A stretch of 64,000 nucleotides of DNA, taken from assembly GCA_043228905.1 (NCBI GenBank), contig JBHGNT010000013.1:16988001-17052000 (forward strand), written 5' to 3'. The stretch comes from Azolla caroliniana. Lineage: Eukaryota > Plantae > Polypodiophyta. The notes beneath the pieces were generated by a model, which was not told the DNA's origin, made no database searches, and worked only from the letters and a program-made list of their open reading frames with translations. How positions within the stretch are numbered: position 1 is the stretch's first letter; every line of letters starts with the position of its first letter. A program made the translations under genes and the position numbers. Positions 12,301-24,033 of this stretch are shown here, in pieces.

Positions 12301-14892
12301 AATCCTTAGTCTTAATCATGCATTACTATCTGGCAGTTATTCCCTCATGATTCATCACCTGTTGGCTCTGGTAGACCTTCGTAAAGCTTGAGGCTGGTGA
12401 ACCAGCAACAATTCCTTGTTTATTCAGAAAACCTTCCTCATGAAGTTTTTCACATGCAGCATAGCAGCACATACGCTCAGCCTCTCCTTTGTTTCGTCCT
12501 TTTCCAATAGCCATAAAAGGCTCTCCTTTACCTGGTATTGGAACAGCCAACTCCGCAATAAAAGTCTGCAAAAGAAGGCTTTCAGGGAATTTAGTATCAA
12601 AGTTGGGATAAACTTTCAAGTTTTCTGCATCTTTCATTTGAAAAGAAGAAGATAATACAGCATGGATAGACCTTCAAATGATCTGGTCCTGAGGAACGCA
12701 CAGTAACTGGCAACGGCCTTGCACCTTGTCCACAACACATGTTTCGAAATGCAATAGTCTTAATTAGAATATTCTTTGGATTCTCTCCCCATCCCACATC
12801 AGCATTTGCAGCCGTTGAGTTGCTATTACATTCACCAACCAGGAAATTTAATTCCTGACAAATAAAAATTTCCAATGGTTGGATTCCACTGCAAGAGAAT
12901 CTCATTGCAAGAAAACATCTAATAATGCATGAATTTCCACTTACATTCAGCTTATTGCATGCATCAACAGCAGCATTCCTCTCTGCCAGCTTTTTTGTCT
13001 TTGCATGTCCAGAACCCCATGCCTCCCTTCCATCCTATTGCATTGTTAATGGTTTGTGAATTTTCAAAAGTAAGAAACAAGTTTCTTATTGAAATAGATG
13101 TGTACAAAAATTGATGTTAATCCACCAGCCAATATCATCTTCTAAAAAAACATGTTAACCAACCTCCCCCTCCTCTAATAGCTTGCCTCCAGAAGATGAA
13201 TGTAACCAAAGCATCTATGATATATAATAATTTCTGCATCTTAATTGCTCTACATATATACTGCAAAAGGTTTTTAATTTTCCTCACAAGTTTAGTAGGA
13301 ACATATTCATATTGCAATTACCTAATCCTAGTAAACACTTTATGTAAAGAATCTAGCTCTAGTAGAGTTTAGTATTCAGAAGCATAGTGTGTGTGTGTGA
13401 GAGAGAATGAATGTATAAGCAAGAGAAGGAATTACAGAGAATAACCAGAAAAATAAGAAAACACACAGTAGGGGAATGACAGCTTATGCACTTAAGAGAG
13501 CTATATTAATTATCTAAAGATCATCGATAAACTAAATGGCCAAAGGGGGTTTTATATACAAGTCCTGAAGGGACTGCCCTATTAAATGTGTTGGCAGAAT
13601 CTAACCAAGATATCCACTTGAGTACGATTTTGTCATAAGAATATCTAATATTCTTTGACCACACTAACACTCGACAACTACACGGATTACAATAAAGTGT
13701 GCTCACACATCGTCCTTTTCTTCATAAGCACATGTTCACACAAGTTGAGCTTGATTCTCAACACTTTATAATGATAGATAAGCACAACTAGGATGGATTG
13801 AAACATCATGTTTAAAAAGAGGCAACGACAGCCTTTACATGATTATTCTTCCATATATACGTAAAAGGATAAACTGCTAATAGAGCTCTTAAACTGGAAA
13901 CAGCATCATTTCTTGTTAGCAACTTTGATAGACTAGAAGAGACGCAAGCTATCAAATGAAGTTAGGCATAAAAACCTATATACATACATATGTATGTGTA
14001 ATGAATTGGCTCACTTCATTAGAGATTCTCCTTCCATAGTTTCTTCAGTTTGATACCCTAAACCCTTTGAAATATATATCTTCCAAGAAAAGTTTTCAAA
14101 TATTTCGTACATAGCTTTGCTATGTTTTAGTCTAGACATTATAAACACTTTTACCACATCACCACGAATTTCAGGGCCTGGATTTTAATATATATTCTAT
14201 GATGATCTAAATAAATACGAATATATTCCATACTTAACTTATGAGGAAAAATGCAAGAATCATGTAAATTATCAAAGCCAAAGCCAAAAGCTTCTACAAA
14301 TTAGCACAGCAAAAGTGCAAATTTTATCTACAGATAATCAAAGCAGAAAAGTGACAAAAAAAACAGCTTATTAATGCGATTTTTTCCTACAGATTGGCAC
14401 TGCAACAAAAGGGCAGAAAGGAAGTACACAAATTATCATTTCCACAAATAGATAAAAATGTTTTTATTGCAGTTTTTCTACAAATTGTCACTGCCGAAAC
14501 TTCCCCAAAAGTTAATGGGTGGAAAGAAAGAAAGAAAGGGCGGGTTTCTTCCACAAATTTATAAGGAGAAAGAATGTACACAAAAAACCAAATCATACAA
14601 AAATAATTAGACCAAGACGAAGAAGGGGAAAACGCATTACCGGTAGAGGCAGCTTGATGGAGGCCTCATAATATACTTCAGTTAGGGATCCAGTGACGGC
14701 GACAGAGAAGGGGAGTTGCTGCTGCGTGAGACCTTGGAAGATGGGCGATGCAGCGAGGAGCATCTTCGGGTTTGCTTGGATCATGGACGCGATGTATTGG
14801 GATTTAGCGTCTCTCTTTCTCTTGTTGTTGTCATGGAGGGAAGGGGAAGGGGAAGGGGAAAGGGAAGCTCCGCGCAGGTCCGGCGTCTCCAT
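6339..14892 (-). CDS. DExH/DEAH-box RNA helicase with two N-terminal dsRBD-like motifs (DHX30/DHX9-like architecture). 14 exons: 14892-14641, 13034-12945, 12854-12672, 12565-~12377, 11655-11266, 11174-11080, 10337-10196, 10119-9953, 8945-8711, 8632-8489, 8385-8257, 8183-8097, 7639-7541, 7454-6339
   Basis: Motifs [62 protein letters not shown]2 region ([19 protein letters not shown]), OB-fold (IHPTSV). All junctions are GT-AG and in frame. The exon 4 donor is ambiguous (12377 or 12359). Confidence 0.92.
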
Positions 14893-15264
14893 GGCAGCAG
14901 CAGCACACGCATATGACACACACAGAGCCTTTGGCGGAATACAGAAGAAGAAGAAGAAGAAGGGAGGTTCTGCTGCTTTCCTTCTGTGTTCTCGAAGTGC
15001 TGCAAAATGGGCAATGGCCGGCCAAATTAGTTATAACCAGCCATTCACCATCTCTTTGGGCCTTCCTCCTCTTGACCGGACATATCCAGAGCTTCACAAT
15101 GTCCGCATAACCAGAAACCGACTGACTGCCTGACTAACTAACTAACTAACTGAGAGTTCCCGATGTCGTCGCCCCATCATGCACTGAGCCTCACTATATT
15201 TATGCCCATGCCCTATCGGCTTTATAGCTGGAATCTCATTTATATATATGCCCTACGCCTTTTC

Positions 15265-15683
15265 TGTTACGGGCATGACCATATAACATCCCGTGGTGAG
15301 AATTGTCGTAGTATTCTATACACGTGGATAAGTGTGAGGGTTAAACAAAGAGTCTAAAGAAGGGGAGGATTACTTTTAATCCTCGGGATTGAGACAACCC
15401 ATGAGGCCAAGTGTGAACATGGCTGGGGGCCTTGAGAATTACTATAAATAAGAGGCCTAGCTACCCTCATTTGGGGCATGCATTGACTACGTCGAGACTC
15501 TGTCTGTGAGTGGAACGACTCTTGTAGCAAGCGCGCTATCGTCCAGGTACGACTCGACGCCAAGGCGGTGGTATGGGACGCCGATCGAGGCTCGAGTCCG
15601 TCTCGATCCCTTCGCTCGGGGGTGGTCGGGTGGATCGGCACCCTTCTTTCTCTCTTTTCTCTCTATTCTTTCTAGATCTATCA
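15265..15683 (+). mobile_element. Solo-LTR-like copy of the Gypsy family at 46.5-48.5 kb
   Basis: Starts TGTTAC. Colinear with the reverse complement of 46499-46910 (GGATTACTTTTAATCC, GAGGCCTAGCTACCCTCATTTG, GATCGAGGCTCGAGTCCGTCTCGATCCCTTCGCTC). TATA-like CTATAAATA at ~15442. The 3' end is approximate and no TSD was found. Confidence 0.85.
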
Positions 15684-18414
15684 TTGATATATCCTTATTT
15701 TATGTTTACTTTAGTACCTAATCTCTAATATTTTCCGTCGAGCCTCGCATGGTTTACGGCTCACGGTTGGGTCTGATATTATCAATGGCTTTCCCTCGAG
15801 TCTAATATGGTCTATCTACACACACTGTTGCACTTCATCGCGCCGTTCTGTTTGTTCCGTTGATAAGCGTCTGAGCTTAGTCAATATGTTGTTAGGTTGT
15901 GAATCATATTACATCACAATTCAAATGGCATGATGGTGGAGCCACTTGGTGTTGATATGTTTCTATATTTTTCACTCTTAAATCTTCTTATTCTAATGCC
16001 CTTTTTCTATTTATGGTCTTCTGAAATCTTGTTTCTATGCTCCGCAATTTTTTTGTATGGTGTTGAAGTTGTTTTTCGATTATTAGTACTTTCAACTTAG
16101 GATGAATATAAATCATGGTCTCTCGAATCATATTCACATTCACATTATTCCCCTTCGTCTTGTTGTAACAATGAAACTCCAACTTGCTTTCGTCCTTCCT
16201 TGCATGCACTACTTTCTGGTGCAAATTTTGTCTTAGAACATGGGTTGTGTGAAGTGCTTGGTTGCACCTGGTGGTGGTCAAGCCAATAACTATAAGTATT
16301 TGGTTTGGGCTATGTTAGCTTGAGCAATATTATTCTGCAACTCTACTTGGAGTTGGGTGAGATCCAATTATGTTCCTAGACATCCCTATATATTGGCTTT
16401 TCTTCACCTTTTTTTGTGCTAACAACAAAGCTCCACATTTATTCAATCTTACCTCTCATTTTATTGCATGCACTACTCCTATTATGCAAAAGCTATTGTT
16501 AACTATGAAGGATAGTTTCATCATTGAGTTTTATGTAAGCCATGCAAAAATGAGTCTTAAATATTGGTTTTGTCATCATTGACTATTCTTATGGACATGG
16601 TGATGAAGACATTACGTGTAATATATTATCCAGATTTTGAATCTTTGCCGCATTTCTAATGCTAATGACAGTTTCTTATACTAAGCATTCAAATGTACAT
16701 GGTGACAACCCATGCAAATGAATCATGACATAAGTGGCTTTGTTGGGTTGAGTTTAACCTTACTACTTAGGACCAATTTGCTTGAAGTAAAGCACATTGA
16801 ATAGTTTGACTATGCTTGTCCGGCCCCAACATCACCTACTACTATAAGCACATGACCTTATAAAGATTAGGCCTACAAACCTCATTATCCTCACTCAATT
16901 ACTTAATCCCTTGCCCAAAAATCTTTCAATAATCGTCATCACACACAAAGTATCTATTTTGTTGCAGTTTTGGCTCTGATCGTTCTTACTATGGTACCTC
17001 TATTGTCACGCAATATGAAAATGCCAAATCATCATTTGTTAGCTTTCACATTGCCTTTCAACTTGTTGAAGCTGGACACTTGAGCCAGTTGGGTAGCCTC
17101 CATCCTAGATGTCTCACCAAGGTGCAAAAACACTCCTAAAAAGGAAGAATGGTGGTTTTTCTCAAGAATACTCAACGAGATGCCCCTAGACATAGGTATC
17201 GTTTATGGTTTATTTGTGCATGTCTTGTATAATTCTTAGTTGTAGTGCATTTACTCTTACATGGTTGGTATCTTTGTTGTTCTTACCAATACTTAGGATA
17301 TCTACACTTGCGACTTCCTTTGTCATCCACCACAAAAATCATTAACCAATTGTAAAACCACCTCATTTATCGAAACATAAACTTTTTAGTTCTATGACAT
17401 GGATAGCCCAAAGCTACAACATATTTGCAAACATGATTTGTCTAATGTGTAGATTTTGACATCAAATAGATGATGTCTTTGTTATTGTAACTAGCTTACC
17501 GCAGCACTAAGTGGTTAGATCTTAGGTCTTGGGTTTGAGACCCTACTCTATTACTCCATACGTGTCCTCTTAATTTACTAGATGCCACTTTGGTCCATCT
17601 TAATCATGTCCACTCAACAATCTAATAGTATTAGAATTTGAGTGCACATATTTTCGAGATTCATTAATTATGTTGCCATGTACTCTTATTATTTGGATTT
17701 CCGTAGGATTACCAAAATTTGCAAGAAAGCGTGAACCTTTTTGCGTAGGATTACCAATAAGCTTGTCTCAATGAAATTATTTATAACTATAAAAGAAATC
17801 GGCAATGGAATAGAAGCTCACAAATTTGATGGATCATATATATACATATGTCCAACAATAAGAGTGGTCGATGTGAGTGTTTATATGATCTATCCATACA
17901 TGCGAGTGGTCGATGTGAGTGTATATATAAGAGTGGTCATGTGCATGTGCGTGAGATCCATCCATGTTGGGTGTCTAGTGAGAAGCATTAGAACGTTTAT
18001 TAGTAATGCTCAAAGCTCATCCCTGATGTGAATCAAATAACTAGAATGTGAATAAAATTAGGATCATGCATGAGTTTTGCAAACAAGAGGTTGATGGGGA
18101 GGGGGGGGGGGGGGGGGGGGGGGGAGAGGTTGGTGATGGGTTGGTTGGTTGGTACTTAGACACTACCAACAATATCACAAATCAAGGGAATCATACTTCC
18201 CCGGCCCCCCTCTCTCTCTCTCCCTATAGTTAGTGTTGGCTCTCATATTAGAGCTCATTTTGGGATTTGAACTCTAAGAGGCTAGTATATCTTTCTTTTC
18301 ATGAAATCCTCATGGATCCTACCACATTTATATAATTTTGAACGGATTGTTACCGGGACCGGCCATTCCATACATCCTAGGTGTTTTTCATCGGATTGTC
18401 GCGGCACCCCCGGG

Positions 18415-20054
18415 ATGCACTCTAAGTCAGACTCGGAGGAGATGATGAGCTTGCCAAGATCGTCCCCTCCGGCATCGCCCCGGCCACACAACATTCATGA
18501 GTATGATGCTTGGACGAGGCCAAGAATGGCAGGCACCATTGGCAATGCGAAGTCCGCATTCGCATTGGCCTGTGACACCACCGGTTCGGGCGCCCATGCC
18601 GGTGCCAAAGCACACCACCAACCAATATTGCCTTTGGCACCGGCCTACTATGTGGTGCACAGCCCGTCCCGCGATTCACGGGACCAAACATCGGCCTCGA
18701 GCAATGCATCGTCCCGCCCATCAACACCGCAGCTCACCCCGCTGGGCTCGCCTTTCCATCCCATGGCATCATCGGACGTGCGCACGAATAGAGCCACTCG
18801 AGATGGTGGGGCCCGGCACGCACGCATCCCGTCCTACGTAGATGCCCGCTCCTCGATCAGCTCTTCGTCCCACGATGCCACCACGTCGACCAATATGTCG
18901 GGCTATGGTAGTACCGAATCGGGCCGCACCCACAAGCCACCCAAGCATCAATACCACCGAAGGCTTCTCCACGACACGATCATCGAGGCCGACAATGAGG
19001 AGTTCTACTCTGATCCCGATTCCCGGCACCATATCGATTCAATGCCTTTCTCCGGCGCCCAAATCTATAAGTTCCTCGTGTTCACATTCTTCGGCTCTCT
19101 CTTGCTTGGCCTCTTTGTCCTCATCTTTTGGTTTGTGTGCAAGCCCTCACCTCCCATCGTTTCCGTCAAGGTGCGGGTGGAATCCGAAGTGTGAAAGCAA
19201 TCAATCACTTTAGTACACCCTAAGTATTATTAATCATCCCAATAAGCTATTAGGATGTAGATATGTTATTAATAACCATCATTTAGTAAAATAAAATTGA
19301 TGTTTTTTATTAACAACCATGTCAAATTAGTTAAAATGTTTGTTAACGATCACCGAATTATAAGTGGTATTGGCATGGAGATATAAATCATAACTCCTTC
19401 TAATCAGGTTTTGATTACTCTTTTCTTAGAATATGGTGTTTCAAAATCTCTACATTGCTCAAGGGACGGATGCATCCGGAGTGCCTAGTATGTTCCTCAC
19501 CGTCAATTCGACACTAGATATCCACTTCGAGAATCGGTCAAAATATGTTCGAGCTCGACTTAATCCATTAATTGTCAAACTACTATACCAAGATCTACCA
19601 ATAACCATAAAAAAAGTAAGTTACAACCATTTGAACCAACCCTTAATCAATTTTTGCACTCACAAACTATTCTAAGTTTTAGGTGGTAGGTTGAGCATAA
19701 TATCATTACTTAATGCAATCATGTTCTTCTTATTCTAATGGATGTCTCTTGTTTGATATATGCTCATATGATAAGGTGAGTGGATATGTTCAAACCAAGA
19801 AGAGCAAGAAGGTGATACGAGTTCCCTTGGTAACAAACAAAGTCCCTCTTTATGGGGCAGCAACCAATATTGGTGTGGATCCAATTGACCATATCATTGT
19901 CCTAAGTACCCAAGTCTCCATCTGTTCACACTATTATATATTGGGGCAAATGTTAAAATCTACGTTTTGCACCCGAATATCGTGCACCAATTTGCATGTA
20001 AACTCGCACACGATGACCCTTGTCACCCCACTTAAAAATGCTTGCTCTTCATGA
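18415..20054 (+). CDS. NDR1/HIN1-like (LEA_2 domain) single-pass membrane protein; exons ~18415-19170, 19430-19615, 19776-20054
   Basis: MHSKSDSEEMMSL..SSP start, YYVVHSPSRDS motif, hydrophobic TM segment followed by CKPSPPIVSVK, then GTDASGVPSMFLTVNSTL..HFENRS and KVPLYGA, typical of plant LEA_2/NHL proteins. In-frame GT-AG junctions. The start codon is uncertain. Confidence 0.82.
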
Positions 20055-21838
20055 GATGTACCGAAAAGCCAATCCATTCCTCTCATTGAATTGAATCTAT
20101 TTTCAGTTGTTAATCATCATACTCATCAAGTATTCGTACTTTGATATTGATTTTAATTCCCATCTTGATTTAATTCTTAATACTCATTGCCACACGTACA
20201 TTGAACTACAAAGATAGGGGGCTTGGCTAAATATGTTTCATACAAAGAGAGAACATTAACATATGGTTGTCTCAATATAGCAAAAACTAAAGAACGTGTC
20301 ACTTTGGAGTGCTTTGAATGAGAGCATCATGCATGATTTTAATTAAAGAATTCCTCAAAGTTTGTACTAGCTACCAAGAATGCTTAGGAAGGATGAACCA
20401 AACTCAAGGAAGATCCAGGGATTAGGAGAACTTAGTTTTTTATTTCAAGATTTTACTTTTTGTTCTACCATTTTGAATCAATTACATGATTGGTGAAATC
20501 AATTGGTTGTAAGGGTCATGTTGGTCCCCAAGGACATTAATATATCTTCAATATCATCTTCACATGCATCAACTTAGATATATATGTTACATTAACCCAT
20601 GTGGAATATTCTTACAAGACAAGTCTCCGATGCATGCATTGCATACTAGCATTCTTTGGCATTGGCACCCATTTTCCCATACCATCTTAGTCCATCATCA
20701 CTCACATTGTCATTGCAATTAATTTTCGTTCTTGATAACCAAAAGGTACATGCAGCTACACTATCTATTACGTTATATGCTAGTTCCAGCCACTAATGTA
20801 ATAAGTCTATGTGTTTCTTCCTTTCAGCCTCTTCAAAAGTGCATGATTAGCAAATGTAACATAAATCGTTGGTGTTAGTTACATGCACGTCAGAATATGG
20901 ATCTTAAACAACATTGTGTTATTGATCGAGTAATGCAATTAATGCTTGCCTTGATCAAGCCATAATCTAATAACACAGCTGCTTTTCACTCACTTATCAA
21001 TAATCAACGTAAAGCTATGAAATATACAACGTTGTTTGCACATGTTAACAAAACCAAAATATAAAGCAAACAAGATATTTGGGACACCATGGCTTTTTCC
21101 TTCCACAAGGCTTTATGTGAGCATCAAATTTACAAAGACCCAAACCTCGATGACCTTACAAACTAACATAAGTACCAAGGCATAAGCAACAAAGAACAAC
21201 CAGCTTGATAACCAACAAAGAATGACTTTGTGATAGGCAACACCTTGAACAAACAATCAAAATAATAAGCAATAAAGGAACAAAATTCATAACTAAAAAC
21301 CAAGTATATCACACAATTCATCTAAAAAATCGCCATTCTGGCTATATGTTATGGTTCAAGGTGATGTGCTGTTGATGGTGTAGATCATCCATCCCCCAAT
21401 CCCAAAATATGTATCAGTTTTTACCTTAACCATCATGGGCACTCAATCTTACATTTCGTAAAATAATAATAAAATTGGCAGTTTTGGTCAACAGAGTACA
21501 TGTTCAATCATAAAAAAATGCAAGCAAAAGTTTTGATTCAATATACTGTAGGATAGATGACTCTGAGATTTAAATCATGTTTTTATCAACTGTAGAAATC
21601 TTTAATACATAAAATTGAATAGGTATTTAAACTTGTATATTGGAAGCACATTGAAAAAAACTGCAAAATGGCATTTGACACTCTGAAAGGTACATAAAGT
21701 CCTTTGAATGGAAAGACAAGGCTGGCCCTAACATTCAACTCTTGAAAAGACTTTCACAGCCCAAAAAACCTCTATGGGAAAGTGTTTTACTGATCTTGAA
21801 GAAGAAGAATGTATCAAAGAACACAAATGTATTCTTCA

Positions 21839-23623
21839 TCAAAGGCCAGTGTACATATCACTCAACCTCAAACTTGGTCCATTATCTGGTTTGCCCATAC
21901 CTGCTGCCATCTCAGCATCTAATTGTGAATGAGGTGCCTCTCCTTGCATCATTTTTATTCTGAAAATCTCAAATATATTAGACATCTTGAGAGACATGTG
22001 ACAGTACTTTGAATTGCATATACATATTTAAACATTTATTTCCAAAACAGAAGTACCTTAACAATTTTGAGATCTAGATTATTTATCTGGCCTAATTTAC
22101 AAACAAAATTGTTATAATGACAATTAATATACAAGAGGGAAAATGCATGAAATCAGGAAAAATACAGACACCATGTCATCCACAAAGAGATCAATATTCT
22201 AAAGCTTATCCACAAGATAAGACAAGTACCAGGAAGAATACATGTTTATGTGGAATCACACTCACAAATGAAGAGATAGAAAGTTCCATATGTATACAGC
22301 ACAAATTTGTACCATGGAAGTGCCTATTGTATGGATGTATGAATAAAGAATCGATGTATGTGATACAAAAAACAGTTATACAAGAGAAAATCCAACCAAG
22401 ATACAAAGTCTAACTAATAATTTATAAATATGTAGCCCTTCTTCCTCACGTACATCTACATTTCAACTCCTCGAGGTTAAACTGTAAGACTGAAAAGGAA
22501 AAAACTCTTCAACCAGATCTCATGCTCTTAGGATGAAGCTTAGTACAGAGAATAATAAAGTAAAAATATAATGGTATATGAGAAGGCAATCATGAAAACT
22601 TTTCATCCCCAAAGAATGCCATCTTTTGGTCCTTGGGGAGTCATGATTTGTGTGTGTATGTATATATATAAACTTAGATTTTGGTGAAATGAAATTATAC
22701 AATTACCGTTTCCGATGCCGCTTGGTCTTGAAATGTTCATCTCGCACAGCAGATGTGGCAAAGAAACGGCTGCAAAGAAACACAAAAAAACACTCTTTGG
22801 TCTCATGAGACACTTTGGCATTCTTTAAGAAGTTAAAACAGGACATCTTCTCTCATTGTTCTTCTTAAATACATACTCAGACACCTGTTTTATCAGGATC
22901 AATCACACCATGTCTCTACAACACCAATTTTATTACCACCGCTCACATCATCTCTCTAAAAAGACAAATGTCTTGATTAACATCACTCGCGTCAACTCTC
23001 CAAAGCACTGCACTTTATAAGCACTGACCACATTTATCATTATAATTATAATAATTTTCCTATGTTTCGTTAGGGTAGCACCTCGGTACATTAAGGGCAA
23101 TCAAATTCTACCCCTCTCCCTAATTCCAAAACAATTTTCCTATTTTTAGGTAAGCTTGCACCTTGATTCATTAACAATCAAAGTGTTAGTCTTTAGTAAG
23201 GTTAGAGCTTGAGACATCAGATAATCAAGTGGTTAGCACAACTCTGCAGCCACATTCGGCGAGTGGATATGGCTAGGGTTAGGGTTACTTACTCACAGTG
23301 CAGACAGTAGAATTGACCCATTCCTGGCAAATCTTCGTCCAGCGGTTGTGGCTTCAACCCAACCTGAACCTCTTTGTGAATAATATCATCACGTGTTCAA
23401 ATGCCCCAGCAAAACAAAAAGTTAAGGTGCATATACATACACATGTAAAATCATCAGAAACATAGGATAAGTTACACCAAGAGAAATCAGACAAAAAAAA
23501 AATACTGAAACCAAAAACAGAAGAATCAGGAAGGATATCTTTGATGAGGAACTTTGCTCTCCTCGCAGTTTTGTGAGAGTATCCCTTCTTCTTGCTCGAT
23601 TTGTGATTAGGGCAGCGACCCAT
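21839..23623 (-). CDS. ZNF593: Zinc finger protein 593 / Bud20 homolog (pre-60S biogenesis); exons 23623-23539, 23392-23293, 22769-22707, 21959-21839
   Basis: Spliced translation MGRCPNHKSSKKKGYSHKTARRAKFLIKGDDIIHKEV..PLDEDLPGMGQFYCLHCDRFFATSAVRDEHFKTKRHRKRIKMMQGEAPHSQLDAEMAAGMGKPDNGP carries the Bud20 signature DLPGxGQFYCxxCDR..HxKTKxH. Confidence 0.92.
23393..23538 (-). other. U12-type (minor spliceosome) AT-AC intron, 146 bp
   Basis: 5' splice site ATATCCTT, branch point CCTTAAC (+ strand GTTAAGG at 23421-23427), 3' end AC. Removing it restores the frame IK-G-DD. Confidence 0.92.
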
Positions 23624-23729
23624 CTCTGTCTCTCTGTCACTGTGCTGAAGAAAAACAGAGCACCCTGGGGCCAAACGCAAAAAAAACACACCTAAAGTCT
23701 ATACATAAAAGAGATGTACAAAAATAATG

Positions 23730-24033
23730 TCTTCACAAAAACTCTTCATAACTTTGTGAAGGTAAGTTTGTAGTAGTAGTGTCTTCTTCTTCTTCACAAA
23801 AACTCCTTCTTTGTGTTGGGAAGGTGTGTTTAGTATGTTAGTTCTTCACAAAAACTCTCCATAAATTTTGTGCTGGGAAGGTGTGTTTAGGATGCTAATT
23901 CTTCACAAAAACTCTTCATAAACTTTGTGCTGGGAAGGTGTGTGTTTAGTATGTTAGTTCTTCACAAAAACTCTTCATAAATTTTGTGTTGGGAAGGTGT
24001 GTGTGGTTTAGTAGTAGTAGTTCTTCACAAAAC
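23730..24033. repeat. Minisatellite, ~5.3 units of ~52-64 bp
   Basis: TCTTCACAAAAACTC.TCATAAA.TTTGTG.TGGGAAGGTGTGTTTAGTA.G.TAG recurs at ~23730, 23791, 23843, 23900, 23959 and 24023. Confidence 0.9.

Noticed and set aside
23730-24033. Regularly spaced repeats resembling a CRISPR array
   Set aside because: The intervening sequences are similar to each other, there are no cas genes, and the context is eukaryotic; it is a minisatellite.
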